A DNA stretch of 64,000 nt from Candidatus Nomurabacteria bacterium (GCA_023898565.1 CP060228.1:560594-624593); one strand, 5' to 3'; shown: positions 26,140-36,033, numbered from the stretch's first letter. Made by a program: numbers and translations. The notes: generated from the sequence alone by a model not told the origin.

Positions 26140-27324
26140 TTGAGTCGTATATTAAGTAGCTCATCTCCCTTACTTACTGATCTTTTTAAGGCCTACGAAG
26201 ACGCGCGGCGACATAAGCGAAAAACAAAAGGTACGCTGGAGTTTTCACTCAATTACGAAGAGCGACTGTTTGAACTTTACGAAGACCTTGTGTGTCGGCG
26301 TTACAAAATTGCCCCTGCAACCTGCTTTATTGTGACCAAGCCAGTTCGGCGCGAAATATTTGCGGGTGATTTCCGCGACCGTATCGTACATCACCTCATT
26401 TTTAATTATCTCAACCCGCTCTGTGAACGACTGTTTACCAACGACAGCTATGCGTGTCGAAAGGGGAAGGGGACGAGTTATGGTATTAAGCGCGCCGACC
26501 ACTTTATTCGCTCTGTTTCTCACAATTACACGCGCGACTGCTACGTACTACAGCTCGATATAAGTGGGTATTTTATGTCAATCAACCGCACAATCTTGTA
26601 CGAGAAAGTGACGCGCATCATCGAACGATATCGTGATGAAATAACGTTTGATACAGAGCTAGTGTTGTGGCTTTTGGAGAAAATAATCTTTCACGACCAC
26701 ATCAAGGCGTGTATCCAGTGTGGGGACACGAGTAATTGGACCGAGTTGCCATCATCGAAAAGTCTATTCCACGCGGCACCTGGCTGCGGGTTACCGATCG
26801 GTAACCTCACTTCACAGTTATTTGGAAACGTGTATCTCAATGACTTTGATCATTTTGCGATGCGACTGGTGCCAGGGGTGCGCTGTGGTCGGTATGTCGA
26901 TGATATGATTTTTGTACATCAAGATAAAGAAGTGCTGAGGCAAATAATTCTCAAAGTGCAATATTTTCTTTCTGAAAAATTAGCGCTTACGCTGCACCCG
27001 CGCAAGATTAAACTGACTCACTATGAGCAGGGAATTGATTTTTTAGGAGCGCGGATGTTTCGTGGCCGGATGTATCCACGTCGGCCGATCGTGACAAACG
27101 TGGAGCGGACAATCATGCAGTGGAATGAAGTGTTGCAAGTGAATGATGTGCTAACCGAAGCCGAGGTGCAGAAATTGCTGGCATCTATAAATGCTTCGCT
27201 AGGTCACCTAGCGTTTTTTCAGACGAGACGACTGCGTCAGTGTTTGTTGGCGAGATGTATGCCTGCTTTCTTGCGGCATGTTCAGTGTGATAAATCATTT
27301 CGAACGCTTGCGAGGATGTGGTGA
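26140..27324 (+). CDS. DGR reverse transcriptase
   Basis: RT motifs with DGR-specific SQ (NLTSQLFGNVYLN) and catalytic YVDD (GRYVDDMIFVH). Confidence 0.9.
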   Translation: MSRILSSSSPLLTDLFKAYEDARRHKRKTKGTLEFSLNYEERLFELYEDLVCRRYKIAPATCFIVTKPVRREIFAGDFRDRIVHHLIFNYLNPLCERLFTNDSYACRKGKGTSYGIKRADHFIRSVSHNYTRDCYVLQLDISGYFMSINRTILYEKVTRIIERYRDEITFDTELVLWLLEKIIFHDHIKACIQCGDTSNWTELPSSKSLFHAAPGCGLPIGNLTSQLFGNVYLNDFDHFAMRLVPGVRCGRYVDDMIFVHQDKEVLRQIILKVQYFLSEKLALTLHPRKIKLTHYEQGIDFLGARMFRGRMYPRRPIVTNVERTIMQWNEVLQVNDVLTEAEVQKLLASINASLGHLAFFQTRRLRQCLLARCMPAFLRHVQCDKSFRTLARMW

Positions 27325-27365
27325 AAAGAAGCGGCCGGAAGCGAAGCTTCCGGCCGCTTCTTTTC
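27325..27365 (+). terminator. Intrinsic terminator after the RT gene
   Basis: aaaagaagcggccggaagc gaa gcttccggccgcttctttt. Confidence 0.85.
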
Positions 27366-27413
27366 ACAGCACATAAAAATCAGTAGATAGTGAGGTTGTA
27401 TACTGAAGTCATT

Positions 27414-28673
27414 ATGTCCAAGAAAGAAAAGATTGACTATGTAAAGGAATTGACGTATCACCCAGATGATCGCATGAAAACGATTCGTGCACTGACCGTT
27501 CCTGAGCGAGCCGCTGCCTTTGAGAAGCTTTCGCCGTATGTACAACAGACTATCTTAAAGCAACTGCGTATTCATGAGATTGTCGACATGCTTGATCATA
27601 TGGATATGCAGCACGCGCAGCGGGTGCTCACGCGTATCTCAAACGAAAAGCTGCGTGAAAAAATTGTGCAGCGGCTTAAGGGCGACGTAAAGGAGAAAGT
27701 AGAGTATTTTCTACGTTTTCATCCAAAAGCAACACTTTCACTGATTAATTTTAATTATCTTTTTCTGGATGGTGCACTTACCATAAAGGAGGCAGCAGAT
27801 ATTGTCTCCGATCACTACGAAGAAACGGCGCGTTACCCAGAAGTGTTGATTCACGATGAAACAGGAGCGCTCATCGGGGAGCTCCCGCTTTCGGCAATTG
27901 TGAAGGAGCGAAATACGAGTTTACTCAAGAAGCATACACAGCCAGTGCAGACCATCACGTACCAGGCAGAGGTACATGAGGTGGTGGAAATACTCGTGAC
28001 TACAAACAGCAAGAAGGTAGTTGTGCTTGATCGTGACACAAGTGTGCTGGGTATCATTTATGCCGAGGCCGCGCGCCAACTCTTTGGCAATTTACCCGCT
28101 GAGTCGCTTTATGAATTTGCTGGCGTCGATAATAGTGAGCGTCCATTTGATGGGGTATGGCGTAAGGTAAATAATCGCTATCGATGGTTGATTCTCAATT
28201 TGGCTACTTGTTTCTTGGCTGGTTCTGTCGTGCTTGCATTCCAGGACACGCTCAATGAGCTCACTATTCTGTCGGTGTATATTCCAATCGTGGCTGGTAT
28301 GGGTGGTAACGCTGCTACGCAGTCATTTGCCATTATGGTTCGTGGTCTTACGCTTGGGACCATATCACTTCAGAACGCTGGGCCAGCTATTTGGAAAGAG
28401 TTTTTGGCAGGCATCATTAACGGAGTCATTATCGGTTCTTTGGTGGCTCTGGTGTCAGCTTTGTGGAATGGTGAACCATTGCTTGGAGTAATGGTTGGTG
28501 TGGCACTGATTGGAGCTCATATAGTTGCTGCAATTGCAGGTTCAATCGTACCGCTTTTAATGAAGCATCTTGGAAAGGATCCAGCTGCTACTTCTACTAT
28601 CTTTATTACCACTGCGACTGACGTGGGAGGTCTTTTGTTTTTGCTCGGCTTAGCTACGGCCTTCTTACTCTAA
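27414..28673 (+). CDS. mgtE: Magnesium transporter MgtE
   Basis: MgtE N-domain, tandem CBS, C-terminal 5-TM MgtE domain; TATACT -10 11 nt before ATG. Confidence 0.8.
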   Translation: MSKKEKIDYVKELTYHPDDRMKTIRALTVPERAAAFEKLSPYVQQTILKQLRIHEIVDMLDHMDMQHAQRVLTRISNEKLREKIVQRLKGDVKEKVEYFLRFHPKATLSLINFNYLFLDGALTIKEAADIVSDHYEETARYPEVLIHDETGALIGELPLSAIVKERNTSLLKKHTQPVQTITYQAEVHEVVEILVTTNSKKVVVLDRDTSVLGIIYAEAARQLFGNLPAESLYEFAGVDNSERPFDGVWRKVNNRYRWLILNLATCFLAGSVVLAFQDTLNELTILSVYIPIVAGMGGNAATQSFAIMVRGLTLGTISLQNAGPAIWKEFLAGIINGVIIGSLVALVSALWNGEPLLGVMVGVALIGAHIVAAIAGSIVPLLMKHLGKDPAATSTIFITTATDVGGLLFLLGLATAFLL

Positions 28674-28694
28674 GATGCTATACTCTATGCATCT

Positions 28695-29243
28695 ATGAAA
28701 ATCGCCGAACGGATTGTGATGCTCCTTTTGCTCGGCTGCCTGCTTGGCGGCGCCGGATGGATATATGTGTCGGTAAAGCAAGAGCAACAATCAGTGCGCG
28801 ACGCGGTGGCGCGAGGTGAATATGAAAAAAGGGAGGTTGATTTGAACGAGGTTGCAAAGGACGATTGGCGTATTTTGTATCCAAACACCATTCCCGTACA
28901 AATTGGTTCGACAACAGTGCTCGCATCAGTGGCTGACACATTGCCGAAGCGGATTAAAGGTCTTTCTGATACACCATTTTTACCAGAAAATGTAGTAAAA
29001 CTATTTGTGTTTGGAGCGGGTGGTGAACAGTCAATTTGGATGAAGGACATGCGGTATTCAATTGATATTCTATGGATGTCGCAAGATGGATATATTGTGC
29101 ACATTGAAGAGAACGTTGCGCCAGAAACCTATCCGGAGTCATTTTCCTCACCTACACCAGCCTGGTATGTTATTGAAACAAACGCCGGTTTTGTGGCGCA
29201 GCACAACATTGCGCTCGGCGAGCGAGTCAGATTGGTTGAGTAG
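28695..29243 (+). CDS. DUF192-family protein with N-terminal TM anchor
   Basis: C-terminal DUF192/COG1430-like pattern (IDILWM...G.I..I). Confidence 0.55.
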   Translation: MKIAERIVMLLLLGCLLGGAGWIYVSVKQEQQSVRDAVARGEYEKREVDLNEVAKDDWRILYPNTIPVQIGSTTVLASVADTLPKRIKGLSDTPFLPENVVKLFVFGAGGEQSIWMKDMRYSIDILWMSQDGYIVHIEENVAPETYPESFSSPTPAWYVIETNAGFVAQHNIALGERVRLVE

Positions 29244-29278
29244 CTTGCATAAATTTGTAATTATTGCATAATATTGAC

Positions 29279-29636
29279 GCACGATGGTCGCCTCGTTTGA
29301 ATGAACGGGGAGGAAAGTCCGGACACGCCCACATCTTTGATGTGGAGCAGGGTAGCGGGTAATACCCGTCGCGGCGGATGGCGGGCCACATTTTGAAAGC
29401 TTTCAAAATGTGGCCCGCCATCCGACCGAGAGGTGCGAGCAGAGACGCCCGAATCGAAAGTGCAGGGGTTCCTTAGGGAATAGTCGCTTGGGAAACCAAG
29501 CGAGTGAAACGGCTAAATCCTTACTTGCGTGCAAGGCCGTGCCTGTTTACAGGAGAGCCGCATGAGCTTTGTAGTAATACAGAGCCTAGGTATATGACCA
29601 TCCGAGCATTTGTTCGACAGAATCCGGCTTACGTGC
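29279..29636 (+). ncRNA. rnpB: RNase P RNA (bacterial type A-like)
   Basis: P4 5' strand GGGAGGAAAGTCCGGAC, P4 3' strand ACAGAATCCGGCTTA, P2 GATGGTC/GACCATC, P8 CGGGTAATACCCG; terminator follows. Confidence 0.8.
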
Positions 29637-29638
29637 AC

Positions 29639-29665
29639 AAAAACACCCCTCGGGGTGTTTTTTGT
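29639..29665 (+). terminator. Intrinsic terminator after rnpB
   Basis: aaaaacacccc tcg gggtgtttttt. Confidence 0.8.
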
Positions 29666-29717
29666 ATGTGATAGAATTTACAGAATTAGTAAGCGGGTAG
29701 CTATAGTTTTATTTGTT

Positions 29718-32279
29718 ATGTCAGAAAATGTCTTTATTCCTAAGATGAAGCACAAGGAAGAAGAAAAGGAGCCAGGTGAAATTCGGTCCTCAGTTGATGT
29801 TGCTGGTAAAAACATACTTTCGGCCATACAGTACATCACGGTAGCTCTTTTGGGATTACTGCCAGTCGTGTTCATGCCAAAGCTTTTTATGTCGGCTGGG
29901 TATACCAAAGTTATGACCGTATTTGTTGCTCTTGGTGTGGTGGTGGTGCTCGCGAGCTTGTTGATGTTGCGACAACACAAAATGCGCACAGTTACTCCGC
30001 TTTCGCTTTTGTTATTCGGAACCTTTGTACTTGTTACGTTTGCTTCCAGCACTATTAGCGGTGATGTTCAGGATGCAGTTCGTGGTAGTTTTTTTGAGCC
30101 ACAATCGGCCGGATTCTGGCTGCTCACGCTGTTGGTTATGCTGCTCCCGCTGTCACTCCAGTCTTCCAAGCTGTTAACCATAAAGTCGATTATTCTCTAT
30201 GCACTTAGTGCGAGTGTGTTACTGGTGTACATGTTACTACGCAGTGTATTTGGCGCTGAGTTTATGTCGTTCGGTGCATTCTCGTCTCTTACGGCGACTC
30301 CAATTGGTGGATTCAATGACTTGGCGATGTTTTCAGGAGTCACCATTATTATGGCGTTGGTTACATTGGCACAGCTCCCGCTGAAGCCATTGGCGCAGTA
30401 TGCTCTCTTGGGAGTGACAGGACTGGCATTGGTCCAGCTGGCAATTGTCAATTTTTTTATGGTATGGCTAGCTGTTGGATTTTTTGCACTTTTAATGTTT
30501 GTGTTTCAAGTTTCAAAGGACACAATATTTAAAAACGATGCACCGTCTAACGCCTCGCGAAGCGTTATTGTTGCAACCGCGGTAACTGCAAGCGTAAGTT
30601 TGGCATTTTTGGTTGCGGGTGATTATCTTGGTGCAAAGATTGGAGAAGTGGTGCAGGTAAACTACGTCGAGGTTCGCCCATCACTTGAGGCAACAATTAA
30701 TATCACTAGGGCCGTATATGATAACGGAGATGCGATGCTTGGTGTTGGACCTAATCGTTTCGCTGATGCTTGGCGATTGTACAAGGATCCAGCAATCAAC
30801 AATACCCTTTTTTGGGATACTGAGTTTACCGCCGGTGGCAGTTTAGTCGCTACTATCTTTGCTACTACTGGAGTGCTTGGTGGTGCGTTGTTTGTGCTAT
30901 TCCACCTCGGACTTTTATATGCCGGATATCGAATGCTGCTTCGTCACCAGCAGCGTGATTCATACTGGTATTATGTCGCGTCACTTTCTTTTACTGCAGC
31001 CTGTTTCTTGTGGGGGTTTGCGTATGTATATGTGCCAGGCGTTGCGATGTTGCTCTTGGCTGCATTTTTTACCGGGTTGATGTTTGCTGCTTCGGCAGCG
31101 TTGCTGCCAAAGTCCGTAAGGACTATTTCACTAGCGAGCAATCAGTCGCGCGGATTTGCGCTCATGACAGTAGCAATTTTGGCTATTGTTGGAACGGCAG
31201 CGACTCTCTATTCCGTGGTGCATCAGTATCAGGCGCACCTGTTGTATGTGGAAGCAAGCACAGAAGCTACTACGCTCGATGCTTTTGATGATTTGCTCAC
31301 AAAGGCTATTGGCCTGTATAAAGACGACCGATTTTTGGCGGCGAATGCACAAGCGTACGTAGCTGAAATGAACGCAATGATGCAAACACGTGATCTCTCT
31401 AAGGAAGAGGAACAGCAAGCATTGCTGGCCGTCGCTGAACGAGCTCTTGATCAGTCTGAGCGAGCGGTGCAGCTTGATCAGTCAAACCCACGTAATCATG
31501 CAGTCTTGGCGGCAGTATACGCAAATCTAGCGAGTCTAAAAGTCGGACCAGCCTTAGCTCGTGCAGAGAGTTCACTTGCAGATGCGCAGCATTTTGATCC
31601 AACAAATCCTGGATATCACTTGATGGCGGCACAACTCGCTGCACGCATTGGTGATGTGGAGAAAGCGCAGAGTGAAATTGATGCTTCTCTGAAATTAAAA
31701 CGAAATTATACTGAAGCACTCTATCTTGCTGCACAGCTGGATATTGCCGCCGGTGATGTGGCTTCTGCCATCGAGACAACTCGATCAATTATTACGTTAG
31801 AACCACAGAATCCAACGCGATACTTCCAGCTTGGTGTGTTGCTGGCCGCAAATAATGATCTTGATCAGGCAATTGCTGCGTACCGTGCTGCCATCGCACT
31901 TGATACACAATACGCAAATGCGCGTTACTTACTTGCCCTTGCGTATCTCAACTCCAATCGCACAGACGAAGCGCTCAGTCAGCTGTATGTGATTAAGGAA
32001 ACCAATGGAGAGAATCAGGAGCTTCTTGGTCTGATTGAGCAGGTTGAAAGTGGTACATATGTTCCGCCGACAGAAGCTGAGATTACCCCACCATTATCAG
32101 ATGTGGTCGCAACTGATGGAGACGGCGAGCTGCTTACTCCGTCCGATATAGCCTCTGGTCTTTTGACGCCGCTGAATACAATGAGTACTGCCATTGAAAC
32201 TGATGCTCGTGCGGATGAATCTGCTTCTGCTGAATCAGACGCTACTACTGATGTAACCGAATCTGTAGACACTGAGTAG
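29718..32279 (+). CDS. Polytopic membrane protein with C-terminal TPR repeats (O-antigen-ligase/Wzy-like topology suspected)
   Basis: About 12 TM helices followed by TPR-like repeats; start placed after rnpB terminator. Confidence 0.55.
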   Translation: MSENVFIPKMKHKEEEKEPGEIRSSVDVAGKNILSAIQYITVALLGLLPVVFMPKLFMSAGYTKVMTVFVALGVVVVLASLLMLRQHKMRTVTPLSLLLFGTFVLVTFASSTISGDVQDAVRGSFFEPQSAGFWLLTLLVMLLPLSLQSSKLLTIKSIILYALSASVLLVYMLLRSVFGAEFMSFGAFSSLTATPIGGFNDLAMFSGVTIIMALVTLAQLPLKPLAQYALLGVTGLALVQLAIVNFFMVWLAVGFFALLMFVFQVSKDTIFKNDAPSNASRSVIVATAVTASVSLAFLVAGDYLGAKIGEVVQVNYVEVRPSLEATINITRAVYDNGDAMLGVGPNRFADAWRLYKDPAINNTLFWDTEFTAGGSLVATIFATTGVLGGALFVLFHLGLLYAGYRMLLRHQQRDSYWYYVASLSFTAACFLWGFAYVYVPGVAMLLLAAFFTGLMFAASAALLPKSVRTISLASNQSRGFALMTVAILAIVGTAATLYSVVHQYQAHLLYVEASTEATTLDAFDDLLTKAIGLYKDDRFLAANAQAYVAEMNAMMQTRDLSKEEEQQALLAVAERALDQSERAVQLDQSNPRNHAVLAAVYANLASLKVGPALARAESSLADAQHFDPTNPGYHLMAAQLAARIGDVEKAQSEIDASLKLKRNYTEALYLAAQLDIAAGDVASAIETTRSIITLEPQNPTRYFQLGVLLAANNDLDQAIAAYRAAIALDTQYANARYLLALAYLNSNRTDEALSQLYVIKETNGENQELLGLIEQVESGTYVPPTEAEITPPLSDVVATDGDGELLTPSDIASGLLTPLNTMSTAIETDARADESASAESDATTDVTESVDTE

Positions 32280-32287
32280 TAGAGAAC

Positions 32288-33970
32288 ATGGTTACGCGGG
32301 TATTTAATTTAGTGTATAAGGAGGTGCGTGGTTTGCATCAGGCGGCATATATTCTTGCGCTTTTCGCGCTTGGTTCTCAAATACTTGCTGTGGTCCGTGA
32401 TCGTCTCTTAGCACATACTTTTGGTGCTGGAGCAGAGCTCGATTTGTACTATGCAGCATTTCGAATTCCAGATTTGTTATTTGTGTTGTTTGCTTCAGTT
32501 TTGTCCATTTATGTGTTGCTGCCATTCGTTAATCAGGCAACTCTGAAAGACGGTGATCAGGCAGGTGCTGGGGTGCTTTCCCAAGTGTTTACACTCTTTT
32601 TGTATGTGTATGTAACTGTTGCTGGAACGTTGGCATTTTGTGCACCTTGGTACGTACCAAGATTATTCCCCGGCTTTGCAGGTGAGTACGATACGTTTGT
32701 TCTGTTGTTGCAAGTTTTGTTGCTCCAGCCGTTATTGCTGGGATTGTCCAGTCTTTGTGGTGTTGTAACACAGATGAATCATCGATTTATTTTGTATGCA
32801 CTTAGTCCGCTTCTGTACAATATAGGCATTATTCTTGGGATTGCGGTGTTTTATCCGTTGTATGGTCTTGGTGGATTGGCTCTCGGTGTAGTGGTGGGTG
32901 CGTTTGGACATGTGCTTATTCAGGTGCCGTTTGTCGTGCGTAGCTCGTATTCATTTGCTCTTGTCAGACATATTGACTTCTCGCTTATCAGGCGAATCTT
33001 AGTCGTATCAGTGCCGCGGGCGCTCACACTCTCAATCAATCAAATTGTACTTCTGGTGCTGGTTAGCATGGCGTCACTGATGGCAGCGGGGTCTGTATCG
33101 GTATTTCAATTTGCGTTTAATTTGCAGTCAGTACCATTAGCGATTATTGGTATGAGCTATTCGGTAGCCGCCTTTCCAACACTTTCTAATCTTTTTGCAA
33201 AAAAAGATCATGACGGATTTAATGTGCAATTGCTCACGGCACTGAGACATATTATTTTTTGGTCAGTGCCAATTATCGGTCTCGTTGTGGTGCTTCGAGC
33301 ACAGATTATTCGAGTGCTGCTCGGGAGCGGTGCATTTGACTGGAGCGACACCAGACTTACCGCAGCAATGCTTGCCATTTTTGTACTCTCACTTATAGCT
33401 CAAGCCGTGTTGCTTCTTTTGGTTCGGGCATTTTATGCAGGAGGTAAAACGATGCTTCCGTTGTGGGTTGCGCTTGGCAGCTCAGCAGTATCAATTGTGT
33501 TGGCGTATTGTTTTCGGGCGCTGTACGCAAATCATGAAGGAGTCCAGACATTTCTCACAGAAGCACTTCGTTTGAAGGATGTACACGGTGCTGAGGTTTT
33601 GGTCCTGGCATTAGCATTTATTGGTGGGCAGTTTGTGCAGCTGGTGGTGTTGCTTTTGGTTTCAGTACGCACGTTCAGAATCAGCTACCGACCGCTCTGG
33701 TGGCTCATGACCGAATCAGTGATTGCTGCACTCTCTGGTGCTATTGCGGCGTATGTTACGCTGGCATTTATTGTTGATGGGGTAAACCAAGAGACGTTTT
33801 TAGGGATTTTGATTCAAGGTGGTGTCGCAGGAATTATGGGACTTGTTGCAGTTATTTTGGCGTATATTGCCACTGGCGCTCCAGAGCTTCGTGAGATTTA
33901 CCGCTCATTCCAGACCAAGATTCTTAAGACTGATATCATCGCACCGCAAGAAGAAGCGTTGCATGACTAG
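32288..33970 (+). CDS. murJ: Lipid II flippase MurJ (MviN family)
   Basis: N-terminal GSQILAVVRDRLLAHTFGAG...YYAAFRIPDLLF pattern; 14 TM. Confidence 0.75.
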   Translation: MVTRVFNLVYKEVRGLHQAAYILALFALGSQILAVVRDRLLAHTFGAGAELDLYYAAFRIPDLLFVLFASVLSIYVLLPFVNQATLKDGDQAGAGVLSQVFTLFLYVYVTVAGTLAFCAPWYVPRLFPGFAGEYDTFVLLLQVLLLQPLLLGLSSLCGVVTQMNHRFILYALSPLLYNIGIILGIAVFYPLYGLGGLALGVVVGAFGHVLIQVPFVVRSSYSFALVRHIDFSLIRRILVVSVPRALTLSINQIVLLVLVSMASLMAAGSVSVFQFAFNLQSVPLAIIGMSYSVAAFPTLSNLFAKKDHDGFNVQLLTALRHIIFWSVPIIGLVVVLRAQIIRVLLGSGAFDWSDTRLTAAMLAIFVLSLIAQAVLLLLVRAFYAGGKTMLPLWVALGSSAVSIVLAYCFRALYANHEGVQTFLTEALRLKDVHGAEVLVLALAFIGGQFVQLVVLLLVSVRTFRISYRPLWWLMTESVIAALSGAIAAYVTLAFIVDGVNQETFLGILIQGGVAGIMGLVAVILAYIATGAPELREIYRSFQTKILKTDIIAPQEEALHD

Positions 33971-34007
33971 TCTTTTTTGAAAAGTGCGGTAGAGTAGAGC
34001 CACTTTT

Positions 34008-35792
34008 ATGCAGATTCGAAATTTTAGTATTATTGCGCACATCGACCACGGTAAATCTACCTTGGCTGACCGTATGCTTGAAGTAACCAACACAGTGGAG
34101 GCACGTAAAATGAAAGAACAGGTGCTTGACTCTATGGATCTTGAGCGCGAGCGTGGAATTACCATCAAGATGCAGCCAGTGCGGATGCGGTACCAGCACG
34201 AGGGCACCGAATATGAATTCAACCTCATCGATACGCCGGGGCATATCGACTTTTCCTACGAGGTATCACGTGCGCTAAAGGCAGTGGAAGGGGTGCTTCT
34301 CTTGGTAGATAGTACACAGGGTGTGCAAGCTCAGACACTGACAACACTTCAGATGGCAAAGGATCAAGGGCTCACAATCATTCCTGTGCTCACTAAAACT
34401 GACGTCCCTCACTCCAATCCCGAAGAGGTGGGTGATGAAGTGATGCGACTACTTGGGTGTGAGCGCGACGATATTCTTTTGGTGTCAGGTAAGACGGGAG
34501 ATGGGGTGCCGGCGCTCCTTGAGGCTATTTGTCTACGGATTCCGCCGCCGGCACCCAGCAAGCTCGATGACTATCGAGGACTTATTTTCGATTTTGCGTA
34601 CTCAAATCATCGCGGGATTATTGTCTATATGCGCGTGTTTGATGGCGAGGTGAAGAAGGGCGATGTGCTCAAGTTTGCTGCGAGCAAGCGAAGTTTTACA
34701 GCGCTTGAGGTGGGAATCGTCACACCAGAAGAGGTGCCGGTGGATAGTCTCAATGCGGGCGAGATTGGCTATATCGTCACTGGTATTAAAGAGCCAGGTG
34801 TGGCCGGCGTTGGTGATACTCTCATGAAAGAGAAGGCCGCTGTGCCAGCGCTCTCAGGATATCAACAAGCACACCCGGTAGTGTGGTCTTCAATTTTTCC
34901 AGAGAACCAAGATGAATTCACACAGCTTCGCCAGGCACTTGATAGACTCCAGCTCTCAGATTCTTCGCTCTCATACGAAGAAGAATCTTCCGGTGTCTTG
35001 GGCCGCGGTTTTCGCTGCGGTTTTCTGGGGATGCTGCACATGGAGATAATTACTGAACGGCTCCAGCGAGAATTTAATATTGATATTATTATTACCTCGC
35101 CATCGATTTCATATGAAGTGACGTGGGCAGATGGTAAGATTGAAAATATCTATGCTGCCAACCGTTTTCCAGAGTGGGGTGAAAAGGTGTCAGTTCGAGA
35201 GCCTTGGATTCTTGGTCAGATTATCCTTCCGGGTGATTATATTGGCAACGTGATGACACTTTTGTATGAACATGAGGCAAGTGTGATTGATACGGAGCTG
35301 TTCAGTGACGGGCGTACGCTACTCGCAATTGAAATGCCGCTACGTGAGCTCATGCGCGGTTTCTTTGATCGGCTGAAGAATGCGAGTAGCGGATACGCAT
35401 CACTGTCGTATGAGATTGCTGAGCTTCGTCCGGCGACGGTAACCAAACTTGATGTGCTTGTAGCCGAAGAAGAAGTTCCTGCCTTTTCTCGTGTCGTGGG
35501 TATCGTGCGAGCTGAGACTGACGCTAAGGCAGTGACTGAGAAATTATATACGACACTACCAAAGCAACAATTTGTGGTAAAAATTCAAGCAAAAGTGATG
35601 GGAAAGATTATTGCCACCAAGAAGATTTCAGCACTCCGCAAAGATGTGACTGGCCATCTCTACGGTGGAGATATCACTCGAAAAATGAAGTTGCGTGAAA
35701 AGCAGAAAAAAGGGAAAGCAAAGGCGCTCGCGCGTGGGAAGGTGCATATTCCGCCAGAAGTTTTTATGAAAATGATGAAGGGAGACAACTAA
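34008..35792 (+). CDS. lepA: Elongation factor 4 (LepA)
   Basis: G-domain AHIDHGKST, DTPGHIDF, TKTD; LepA C-terminal domain. Confidence 0.9.
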   Translation: MQIRNFSIIAHIDHGKSTLADRMLEVTNTVEARKMKEQVLDSMDLERERGITIKMQPVRMRYQHEGTEYEFNLIDTPGHIDFSYEVSRALKAVEGVLLLVDSTQGVQAQTLTTLQMAKDQGLTIIPVLTKTDVPHSNPEEVGDEVMRLLGCERDDILLVSGKTGDGVPALLEAICLRIPPPAPSKLDDYRGLIFDFAYSNHRGIIVYMRVFDGEVKKGDVLKFAASKRSFTALEVGIVTPEEVPVDSLNAGEIGYIVTGIKEPGVAGVGDTLMKEKAAVPALSGYQQAHPVVWSSIFPENQDEFTQLRQALDRLQLSDSSLSYEEESSGVLGRGFRCGFLGMLHMEIITERLQREFNIDIIITSPSISYEVTWADGKIENIYAANRFPEWGEKVSVREPWILGQIILPGDYIGNVMTLLYEHEASVIDTELFSDGRTLLAIEMPLRELMRGFFDRLKNASSGYASLSYEIAELRPATVTKLDVLVAEEEVPAFSRVVGIVRAETDAKAVTEKLYTTLPKQQFVVKIQAKVMGKIIATKKISALRKDVTGHLYGGDITRKMKLREKQKKGKAKALARGKVHIPPEVFMKMMKGDN

Positions 35793-35805
35793 TTTGGGTG
35801 AGATT

Positions 35806-35852
35806 AAAACATAAAAGCGGGCGACCCGAAGGGTCGCCCGCTTTTATGTTTT
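35806..35852. terminator. Bidirectional intrinsic terminator
   Basis: aaaacataaaagcgggcgaccc gaa gggtcgcccgcttttatgtttt. Confidence 0.85.
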
Positions 35853-36033
35853 AAAATAATCCAGCGCCGCCAGAGTAGGTGAGAATCATGCCGATGATAA
35901 TAATCACTGCAATGACACCCCAAATCCATTTTATAGCAGCCTTAGTGCGTCGATGAAATAAGATACTCATGGCGACTATTGTACCTGAAGTCCGTAAAGA
36001 GGCAAAGTCATCAAATTACGATACAATACTCTC

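Larger units (their letters stand above)
22604..27324 (+). mobile_element. Diversity-generating retroelement: target gene, avd, TR, embedded hicBA, reverse transcriptase
   Basis: VR/TR pair with adenine-specific mismatches; Avd and DGR-type RT present in the same orientation. Confidence 0.9.

Noticed and set aside
29227-29717. ORF 29227-29421(-) and the 5' part of ORF 29610-32279
   Set aside because: Both lie within the RNase P RNA and its terminator.
35851-35970. 39-aa minus-strand membrane micro-ORF between lepA terminator and ftsB-like gene
   Set aside because: It is hydrophobic and plausible, but has no SD and overlaps the terminator stem by a few nt. It was left out of features as insufficiently supported.
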